From assembly GCF_000020385.1 (NCBI RefSeq), contig NC_010815.1:45114-77113 (forward strand): 32,000 nucleotides of DNA, in the 5' to 3' direction. Positions 1 through 6,949 of this stretch are shown piece after piece. This stretch comes from Trichlorobacter lovleyi SZ. Its GTDB lineage: Bacteria; Desulfobacterota; Desulfuromonadia; Geobacterales; Pseudopelobacteraceae. The first letter of the stretch is position 1. The number at the start of each line of letters is the position of its first letter. The position numbers and the translations under genes were made by a program. A model generated the notes under the pieces. That model was not told where the DNA came from. It searched no databases and was given only the letters and a program-made list of their open reading frames with translations.

Positions 1-1
1 C

Positions 2-631
2 GCCGCTCAGCGTGCAGGCCTTTTGGTGCCGGAGTTCCACCTGTCAGCAAACGGACGCTTGTTTGTGATGAAGCGCTTTGACGTGGGCGTTGGTGGCAGT
101 GCATTGGGATTTGAAGATATGTGTGCTCTCCAGGGGGTTGGAACCGCTCAGAAGTACAGGAGCACCTATGAGCGAGTAGCGCGCTCCATTAAGGATTTTG
201 TGTCAGGCGAGTTTCTTCAGGCTGCTCGTGAGCAATTTTTCGCTGCGCTGGTATTGTCGGTGATGGTGCGCAACGGTGATGCCCACCTGAAAAACTTCGG
301 GGTGCTGTATGACACTCCTGGGGCTCCAGTCCGGCTGGCCCCGGTGTATGACGTGGTGACAACCACTGCCTACCTTCCCAAAGATCTGCCTGCGCTCAGC
401 CTTGTCGGAACAAAAAAATGGTGGAATCGTAAACTGTTGGAGCAGTTTGCGTTGGCGCATCTGTCTCTGCCGGTGAAGAAAGTGTCCGAGACTATCGAAA
501 AAATGGGAGAAGCCGTATCAGAAACGCGGAATCTCTTGATCGCATACATTGCTGAACATCCTGAGTATCAGACAATCGGAGAGAGGCAACTTGCGGCGTG
601 GGAAGCGGGAACAGGTGAATTTGTGAAATGA
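2..631 (+). CDS. HipA-family Ser/Thr kinase toxin, C-terminal part (5' end lies outside the window)
   Basis: The frame is open from base 2 (AAQRAGLLVPEFHL...) to the stop at 629-631. It contains the HipA C-terminal catalytic-type stretch VRNGDAHLKNFGVLYD and APVYDVVTT. The track start at 23 is only a TTG inside an open frame. Confidence 0.8.
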   Translation, partial: AAQRAGLLVPEFHLSANGRLFVMKRFDVGVGGSALGFEDMCALQGVGTAQKYRSTYERVARSIKDFVSGEFLQAAREQFFAALVLSVMVRNGDAHLKNFGVLYDTPGAPVRLAPVYDVVTTTAYLPKDLPALSLVGTKKWWNRKLLEQFALAHLSLPVKKVSETIEKMGEAVSETRNLLIAYIAEHPEYQTIGERQLAAWEAGTGEFVK

Positions 632-692
632 GTAATTTTGCTCAGTCATTGAGTAAAGTGGTTTGAATGACAAGCTAGTAACATATATAGCG

Positions 693-738
693 TTAATTAT
701 TATTGACAATATATTGTTATTAAGCAAATAATAATTAA
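693..738. promoter_or_regulatory. Putative hipBA promoter/operator: perfect 12-bp inverted repeat TTAATTATTATT (693-704) / AATAATAATTAA (727-738), enclosing the perfect palindrome ACAATATATTGT (706-717)
   Basis: Repeats verified base by base. TTGACA at 703-708 and AATAAT at 727-732 (18-bp spacer) look like sigma70 -35/-10 elements. The block lies directly upstream of the hipB ATG (743). Confidence 0.6.
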
Positions 739-742
739 CATT

Positions 743-1096
743 ATGGCAGAGAAACGAACCATATCACTGTACCCTGCTTCTGAGAAGGCACTCCGTGAAT
801 TGGGGCAGCGCCTGAAAGATGCGCGTCTTCGGCGGCGTTTCTCAATGGATACCGTTTGCACCAGAGCAGATATTTCACGTCCCACCCTGTACAAGATTGA
901 AAAGGGTGAGCCGTCAGTTGTTTTTGCGGCATACATCCAGGTGTTGCGAGTCCTTGGCTTGCTTGACGACCTGGCCTTGATCGCAAAAGATGACGTACTA
1001 GGCCGTCGGCTCCAGGACGAATCCATGACCCGTCCCAAGCGCGCTCCCAAACGCACCCTTCATGTTTCTGAAGGCAAGGGGGGTGACAATGGCTAA
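743..1096 (+). CDS. hipB: XRE-family helix-turn-helix antitoxin (HipB-like)
   Basis: 117 aa with an XRE-type HTH (LRRRFSMDTVCTRADISRPTLYKIEKGE). Its stop overlaps the hipA start by 8 nt. Confidence 0.8.
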   Translation: MAEKRTISLYPASEKALRELGQRLKDARLRRRFSMDTVCTRADISRPTLYKIEKGEPSVVFAAYIQVLRVLGLLDDLALIAKDDVLGRRLQDESMTRPKRAPKRTLHVSEGKGGDNG

Positions 1097-2333
1097 GCTA
1101 TCGTCTCAGGATCACCTGCAGGTCTATCTTGATGATCCTGCCTTTGGCCCTCTCAACAACATCGGTACACTTACCCGCGGTGATCGTGGCAGTATCCGGT
1201 TTAGTTACAACCGGTTGTGGCTTGATCAGGCTCACGCCTTCCCCCTTGATCCTGAACTGGATCTCTCCGCTGGAGAATTTTACCCACAAGGCTCAAACTT
1301 CGGTGTTTTCATGGACTCTTGCCCGGATCGGTGGGGCAGTGTCCTTATGCAGCGCCGTGAGGATGTTGAAGCAAAACTTGGTGGGCGTTCCCGTCGGGCT
1401 TTGGGTACGTGGGATTATCTTATTGGTGTGCAGGATTGTACCAGGATGGGTGCTCTACGCTTTAAACGGCCTCAGGATGAAGCATTTCTGGCTTCTGAGG
1501 ATTTATCTGCTCCGCCTGTCACCCGTTTGGCTGAGTTACAGCAGATAGCCTTTGAGATAACCAACAAGAAGCTACCAGACCTTGGCCGCTTGCGTGAATG
1601 GCTAAGAGTGCTTGTTGCGCCTGGGGCTTCTCTTGGTGGCGCCAGGCCAAAGGCTAATATTATAGAAAACGATGGCAGCCTCTGGATAGCCAAATTCCCG
1701 GCACGTGATGATTCTGAGGACATCGGCGCTTATGAGAAGCTGATCCATGACCTTGCGCGCGAGAGCGGCATTGATGTTCCTGAATCGCGTCTTGTGAGGG
1801 TAGGGGATGGCTACCATACATTCATGGTGAAGCGATTCGACCGAGAGCTGGACAGCCGACGTTTTTTCTCATCAGCAATGCCGCTGTTGCGCAGAACTGA
1901 CTCTGAAGACGCCAGCTACCTTGAACTGGCTGAGTTTATCGCTAACTACGGTCATATTGATCATATTGAAGACGATCTGGAAGAACTGTTCCGCCGTGTC
2001 GTATTCAACGTTGTTGTGGGCAACAGGGATGACCATCTTCGTAATCACGGATTTATCCGCATTCCGGCCGGGTGGCGGCTGGCGCCGGCATTTGATATCA
2101 ACCCTTCTACCAGTAAGGATGAGCATGTCCTGGCACTGGATGCCTATTCCAGACAACCAGACCTGGATGTAGTGATCTCAACTGCTGATCTCTATCGTCT
2201 CAGTCCTCAAAAAGCGAAGCAGATCATCCAGCAGGTCTGTGATGTTGTGAGTGGCTGGCGGACAAAAGCCAAGCGTATGGGATTATCTGCTCAGGATTGC
2301 CTAGTGCTGGAACAGTGTCTGCTGGTTTCTTGA
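1089..2333 (+). CDS. hipA: Type II toxin HipA-family Ser/Thr kinase (full length)
   Basis: Start refined to ATG 1089 (MAKLSSQDH...), preceded by a GGGGGG Shine-Dalgarno. It has an N-terminal HipA-coupling-type region (PDRWGSVLM) and the C-terminal motif GNRDDHLRNHGF / LAPAFDINPS. Confidence 0.9.
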   Translation: MAKLSSQDHLQVYLDDPAFGPLNNIGTLTRGDRGSIRFSYNRLWLDQAHAFPLDPELDLSAGEFYPQGSNFGVFMDSCPDRWGSVLMQRREDVEAKLGGRSRRALGTWDYLIGVQDCTRMGALRFKRPQDEAFLASEDLSAPPVTRLAELQQIAFEITNKKLPDLGRLREWLRVLVAPGASLGGARPKANIIENDGSLWIAKFPARDDSEDIGAYEKLIHDLARESGIDVPESRLVRVGDGYHTFMVKRFDRELDSRRFFSSAMPLLRRTDSEDASYLELAEFIANYGHIDHIEDDLEELFRRVVFNVVVGNRDDHLRNHGFIRIPAGWRLAPAFDINPSTSKDEHVLALDAYSRQPDLDVVISTADLYRLSPQKAKQIIQQVCDVVSGWRTKAKRMGLSAQDCLVLEQCLLVS

Positions 2334-2352
2334 AGCAGGGTAGGGGAGTCGT

Positions 2353-2607
2353 ATGGTTACAGACAAGCGATTCAGCGACTATGGTGTTTGCGAACTGGCA
2401 AAGATAGAACCATCCCTGAATCAGAAACGTTACTACGGCATCTCAATCCAGCCAGGCCTGTTTGAAATCATCCTGCACCGGCAATGGGGTAGGTTAGGGT
2501 GCCGGCCACGTTCCATGGATGAATATTTTAACAGCATAGAGCTGGCAGTGGCAAAAGCAAACAGCCTGTATGGGGCAAAGACCCGCAAAGGGTACAGAGA
2601 GGTTTAA
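2353..2607 (+). CDS. Small stand-alone WGR-domain protein
   Basis: 84 aa with the pattern NQKRYYGISIQPGLFEIILHRQWGRLG...KTRKGY, typical of short WGR-domain proteins. GGGGAG Shine-Dalgarno; starts 19 nt after the hipA stop. Confidence 0.75.
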   Translation: MVTDKRFSDYGVCELAKIEPSLNQKRYYGISIQPGLFEIILHRQWGRLGCRPRSMDEYFNSIELAVAKANSLYGAKTRKGYREV

Positions 2608-3308
2608 ACAGGTTGGACAGGGGCATCTGCCCATGGTTCATTCCCGCGTAAAATGTTTTCTGTGCCAGGTGTGCTGTAATGAGTAGCATCCAAAGTCCTG
2701 TTGGCCCGTTTATCGTATTTGCCTGCAATACTGGCAAGGCCGTTATTTTTCAAAGCATCTGTGTAATGCCCCACCATATTTGAAAAATCAGACTGTAGTT
2801 TTTCATTTTTCTTGACGAGACCATCAATCTCAACAATGTATGCAGATCTTTTTGCTGCAAAATCTGATTCAAGTTTGGCAACGAGTTTTGCGTAATGCTC
2901 TTCCAGATCAAGTTCTTTGTGGACAATCGCATCGTATTTTTCTTTGGCTGCGGCATACAAGGACTCAGCATCCATACGTAATTTAAAGCAGGTTTTCTCA
3001 TTATCCTTGCGGAATTCTGCAACGCTGGTGTGAGCGTCACACTTAATTTCTTCAGCCCTTTCCCGGGCACGGTTGATTTCATCTTCAGCAATTTCCTTAG
3101 AATTATTTTGGAACCAGAAATACGACCAAATGACGAAGGAAAGGCCTAACGATACAAAGATAATCACAATAATTGTTGGAAAAGCTTTGTTAAAAGAATG
3201 TGCAACAAAATCTAAGGTCGTAGCATCTGGATGTGTAGCCGTTTTATAAATATATGTAGAGAGATAAAGGCCAATAACACCGGTAACGAGTCCTTTAAAA
3301 AATTGCAT
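2604..3308 (-). CDS. Hypothetical membrane-anchored coiled-coil protein (two N-terminal TM helices), third gene of the orphan operon
   Basis: 234 aa. Hydrophobic segments GLVTGVIGLYLSTYIY and FPTIIVIIFVSLGLSFVIWSYFWF are followed by a long charged heptad-like region. GGGAGGA Shine-Dalgarno; the start ATG directly follows the upstream stop (TAAATG at 3306-3311). I recognise no family. Confidence 0.6.
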   Translation of the reverse strand: MQFFKGLVTGVIGLYLSTYIYKTATHPDATTLDFVAHSFNKAFPTIIVIIFVSLGLSFVIWSYFWFQNNSKEIAEDEINRARERAEEIKCDAHTSVAEFRKDNEKTCFKLRMDAESLYAAAKEKYDAIVHKELDLEEHYAKLVAKLESDFAAKRSAYIVEIDGLVKKNEKLQSDFSNMVGHYTDALKNNGLASIAGKYDKRANRTLDATHYSTPGTENILRGNEPWADAPVQPV

Positions 3309-3818
3309 TTAGTTCTGTCCTCCCTTCTCAGCAGTCAGCTCAATAAAACAATTACGTAAATATCCAAAAGTGAAGTTTTTCTTGTGATGAATTCGGATGT
3401 AATCAGCTATCTGACGCCAGCTTAATCCCTGGGATTTGAGGGCGGCGATCTCCTCATAGAATCTGATACGAATCAGTTCCTTTTTGGGAGCTGATTTTAC
3501 TCTTTTCTGAGCCTTTAATCGTTCAATTCTAAGCTGCGTAATTTGAATAGACTCTTTATCATTTAACGACTTTTTTTGCGTGTGAGCTGTCTCAGTCCAA
3601 TGCATTTTGTTTAAAGCCAATATCAGCATTGCATAGTAAAATTCGTGCCGATATTGTTTATCGTATCTATCGCGGTGTTGGTTTGCAAGGTCACCTTGCA
3701 GCCTAATCGCCTCAATTTTGATTGTTTCTCCCTGAGTCGAGAACCAGTCAAAAAGAGATTGCCGTTTTTGCCGGGTAATACCGCTTAAGTTGTCGATATA
3801 CTTTTGAGTGATACTCAT
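3309..3818 (-). CDS. Hypothetical protein with a C-terminal HTH-like segment, second gene of the orphan operon
   Basis: 169 aa. The C-terminal LSWRQIADYIRIHHKKNFTFGYLRNCF resembles a Hin/LuxR-type HTH. Its start overlaps the upstream stop (ATGA at 3815-3818). I recognise no family. Confidence 0.55.
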   Translation of the reverse strand: MSITQKYIDNLSGITRQKRQSLFDWFSTQGETIKIEAIRLQGDLANQHRDRYDKQYRHEFYYAMLILALNKMHWTETAHTQKKSLNDKESIQITQLRIERLKAQKRVKSAPKKELIRIRFYEEIAALKSQGLSWRQIADYIRIHHKKNFTFGYLRNCFIELTAEKGGQN

Positions 3819-4039
3819 GGTTTATCGTGTTTCAATACCTCAGCACATATAGGAGATGACTCAATGACCGCTTTAATGCCATCTGCAAAAATTGTGTCAA
3901 AATTATAGCCGTTATTCTTGATGAACGATAGTACAAATGCAGACACTTTGCGGTTGAGAACTTCTTTTTGTTTCCTTTCTTCGTTGCGCGCTTTTTGCAG
4001 TAGTTTTTCTGCCTTTTCTCTTAACTTTACTGGATCCAT
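3815..4039 (-). CDS. Small highly charged hypothetical protein, first gene of the orphan operon
   Basis: Start refined to ATG 4039 (MDPVKLREKAEKLL...), preceded by AAAGGA. The track's longer 98-aa N-terminus has no Shine-Dalgarno and reads as AT-rich junk. K/E-rich helical N-terminus. Confidence 0.5.
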   Translation of the reverse strand: MDPVKLREKAEKLLQKARNEERKQKEVLNRKVSAFVLSFIKNNGYNFDTIFADGIKAVIESSPICAEVLKHDKP

Positions 4040-4216
4040 TTGATATCCTTTCTTGTGCTTTATTTTGTATAAATTACACGTATAATATACAAAATTCAAA
4101 TGAAATAACATGTACTGTTAAATCAGTATGTTATAAAGTTTAAAAAAAGAAGCCTAAAGCGATATATTAAAGGGTAAAGACAAAATCAAAAGCTTGACAT
4201 CTAAATAAAAACAATC

Positions 4217-4236
4217 TACAGAATAATTATTCTGTA
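4217..4236. promoter_or_regulatory. Perfect 20-bp palindrome TACAGAATAATTATTCTGTA: operator or recombinase core-type site
   Basis: All 10 base pairs verified. It lies in the AT-rich intergenic region between the orphan operon and the recombinase gene. TTGACA at 4194-4199 lies 17 bp upstream. Confidence 0.5.
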
Positions 4237-4483
4237 ACATTGGACCCAACCAAACAAATGGGCGGCGCTTTCAGCCTCTCTCGCCGTTAACCTAGCAGAG
4301 GTTTAAGGCTAATGCTCCAGGCCTTTTGTCGCAAGGCAATAAAAGGAGTGAATGCTGTAGTTCCAGTTGTTATGGGGCTCGGCAAGAGCATACCGCTTTT
4401 GCTCAAAAATAAAGCGTTGGGTTCAAGCATGTTTCCCTGGCTAAGGGGCAAAATAAATTTTAGCCGTCAGAGAGTGGAAAGAT

Positions 4484-5419
4484 ATGAGAGGTTCAGTTGC
4501 ATATCAGGTGCAATCTGTTTACGAGTATGTATCCGAGATCGGAACATCGAAACATGAACAGAAGTCTGTAGCTCGTAGCAATGGTGCAAAAACGTGGCAT
4601 CAGATAGGCAAGCATCTTGGTGTTATGTCCTATTCAACCGGTGATGCCTATCGTGATGTTTGGCGGCAGGTACTTAAATTTGCAAAAGAGCAGTTTGGAA
4701 TAAAAGATATTGAAAAGCTTTCAGGCTCACACCTGAAGGCTTTTTTATTGAAGAAAATAGATGGTGGTGTTGCCCACGCCACTCATGCTCAATATGCAGC
4801 AGCTTGTGAAAAACTTGAAGTTGCATTAAACAGGCTTGCTCAGATCAATAAAACAGAGCATGTGTATGAATTCTCAGCAAGTATAAAAGAAGCCCGCAGT
4901 GAGGCAAGTTCACTGAAACGTTTTGAAGGCTCACGAGCCTATGTAAATCCTGATAGTCTTGTGCAGTCAGTTGATTCAGATATTTTTCAACTAGCAGCCG
5001 CAATCCAGCGAGAAAGCGGAGCAAGGATCAGTGAGGCTAATCATATAAATAAGGAGCAGCTAAGGGGTATTAGAAGAGATATATATAGCGGTAAGGAAAA
5101 GGGTTGGATTCACGTTGAAGGGAAAGGTGGGAAAAAACGCGAAATTGCGGTTTCTCTTACTACATATACTCGGTTACAACAAATTCTTTCTAACGGCAGA
5201 TTTGAATTTGATAAAGACGCGTATCGTAACGCCCTTGAAAAGGCAGCAGAACTGACGGGTCAATCTTATGAAGGCAGTCATGGGCTACGGTGGTCATGGG
5301 CACAGGAGCGGCATGCCATCCTGCAACAACATTGTCTGACCTATGAACAGACACTTTCGCGAATTTCCCAAGAGATGGGGCACGAACGAGGAGATATAAC
5401 GGAGCACTATCTGCGTTAA
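4484..5419 (+). CDS. Tyrosine site-specific recombinase (phage-integrase family, Cre/ResD-like size)
   Basis: 311 aa. Catalytic signature in order: ESGARISEA (Arg), GSHGLRWSWA (His-x-x-Arg), GHERGDITEHYL (His...Tyr). Confidence 0.75.
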   Translation: MRGSVAYQVQSVYEYVSEIGTSKHEQKSVARSNGAKTWHQIGKHLGVMSYSTGDAYRDVWRQVLKFAKEQFGIKDIEKLSGSHLKAFLLKKIDGGVAHATHAQYAAACEKLEVALNRLAQINKTEHVYEFSASIKEARSEASSLKRFEGSRAYVNPDSLVQSVDSDIFQLAAAIQRESGARISEANHINKEQLRGIRRDIYSGKEKGWIHVEGKGGKKREIAVSLTTYTRLQQILSNGRFEFDKDAYRNALEKAAELTGQSYEGSHGLRWSWAQERHAILQQHCLTYEQTLSRISQEMGHERGDITEHYLR

Positions 5420-5436
5420 ACAATCACTTAGTCTGG

Positions 5437-6450
5437 CTACGGCTTAACCGGTATCTGCTGAGTATACCTTGCTTTTCCCCGTTCCTGTACATGGCTGTAT
5501 TTTGCCGCCATGGCAATGCTGGCATGGCGTAGCGTTTCCTGCACAACCTTCACATCCCTGGTGGCTTGATAGAGCAGGGCGCCACAGGTATGCCGTAAGG
5601 CGTGACACCCTCGGCCTTTCTTGGTTATTCCTGCCTTGGCCAACATCGTATCAATCCACTTTGATAGTCCGATCCGGGTAATCCTTCCCCGTACCTTGTC
5701 TCCTTTGGACAGAGAAACAAAGATCGGCTCTCCGTCCTTGTCGGACTGTACTGGCCCGCGCTGGATCAGGTAGTTCTGGATACAGGCAACCGTATCTTCT
5801 CGTGGGTAGATGTAGCCATCCTTCCCTTTGCCATGCACCAGGATCCGGACACCAGAGTCGGTCTCTTCGATGTCCTCCAGATTGGCCCGGCAGATCTCAA
5901 TCCGGCGTAGACCTTCCAGGGTCATCAGTGCTGCCATGGCGCGGTCACGTAGACTTTTGAGCTTGTGGTCGTGGGGGATAGCCTCGAAGAACCGTTCCGT
6001 TTCACCGGCAGTCAGGCACTTGATGATCTCGGCATCAGCTGTCCGCTTGCGGGGAGCCTTAACCCCATTGACTGGGTTGGCCTCCAGTAGCCCCCGTGAG
6101 ACGGCGCCATCATAGAAACGTCTGACCGTGGTCAGTTTCAGGCTGATCGTCGCATGAGCGGCTCCGCTCTGCACCAACTCCTGACGGAACGCCTTGAGGT
6201 GGGTTGTCGTGGCGTGACCCGGATCGATATTGTTTACCCGACACCAGTTCAGCCAGTGATTGAGATGGGAGATGTAGGTCGCAATGGTGTCAGGTCGGGC
6301 ATCGCCGTTGGCCACGTCCAGGGCGAACCATTCGGCAGCTTGGTCGATCAGATCCGGAACATCTGCTGCTACCGGCAGGATTTCATGGACAACTGCCGGA
6401 AGACCGGCTTCAAAATCTTCGATCTGAGGCGTTTTGGGGTTTTGGGCCAT
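5437..6450 (-). CDS. Tyrosine recombinase, XerC/XerD-like (possible TnpI-type resolvase for the adjacent Tn3-family transposase)
   Basis: 337 aa. Motifs LEGLRRIEICRANLEDI (Arg), CHALRHTCGALLY (His-x-x-Arg) and LRHASIAMAAKYSHV (His...Tyr), plus an N-terminal SAM-like domain. Confidence 0.85.
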   Translation of the reverse strand: MAQNPKTPQIEDFEAGLPAVVHEILPVAADVPDLIDQAAEWFALDVANGDARPDTIATYISHLNHWLNWCRVNNIDPGHATTTHLKAFRQELVQSGAAHATISLKLTTVRRFYDGAVSRGLLEANPVNGVKAPRKRTADAEIIKCLTAGETERFFEAIPHDHKLKSLRDRAMAALMTLEGLRRIEICRANLEDIEETDSGVRILVHGKGKDGYIYPREDTVACIQNYLIQRGPVQSDKDGEPIFVSLSKGDKVRGRITRIGLSKWIDTMLAKAGITKKGRGCHALRHTCGALLYQATRDVKVVQETLRHASIAMAAKYSHVQERGKARYTQQIPVKP

Positions 6451-6464
6451 ACCTTAGGTACCCC

Positions 6465-6695
6465 CTAAATTGTGACCTGAAAATGTTTTACGCCGATTTG
6501 AGATAAAAACGAGGCAACTTCGTCCAGAGAGTCAAACTGCAGCGGCTGATCATTTTCAGGTAAGGTGACCGGTCCGGCATAGTCGCCATTTGCATGTTGG
6601 ACGCCAACCCCGTAGCAGTTGCTATGCAGATGTCGGGCGATGATAGTCAGCTCTTCATTGTTTAGAATCAATTTTTGTATTTCGGCACCGGTCAA
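6465..6695 (-). CDS. Small hypothetical protein co-transcribed with the recombinase at 5437..6450
   Basis: 76 aa. TTG start with AGGAGG 9 nt upstream; ends 14 nt before the recombinase ATG. I recognise no family. Confidence 0.4.
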   Translation of the reverse strand: MTGAEIQKLILNNEELTIIARHLHSNCYGVGVQHANGDYAGPVTLPENDQPLQFDSLDEVASFLSQIGVKHFQVTI

Positions 6696-6949
6696 GCTGA
6701 ATTTCCTCCTGTAGGATCTCTTTAGGAGGTTTATACCACACTTTGCTAATTTAGTATATATAAGGGTAATTATGTATATTAAAAAACAAACAAAAAGTGG
6801 TCAATCCACTGTTGTTAACTGTGTGCCATTATCTACTGCCATTCATTCGAAGGCCCAATGACCCGGTAGCTGCATATCTGGCCATCTGTTGATAAGAGCT
6901 AAATCGTGATACTTTGCAGACTCTTTTAAATGATAATGGGGAGTCTGCC

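Noticed and set aside
4312-4557. 81-aa plus-strand ORF overlapping the recombinase start
   Set aside because: No Shine-Dalgarno, odd composition, and it overlaps the better-supported recombinase gene in another frame. It also lies in a region better explained as regulatory.
5461-5490. 9-nt match CTTGCTTTT shared with the Tn3 IR region (9901-9909) as a possible left transposon end
   Set aside because: It is in direct, not inverted, orientation. It is a single 9-mer with no extension, within chance expectation for a 32-kb window.
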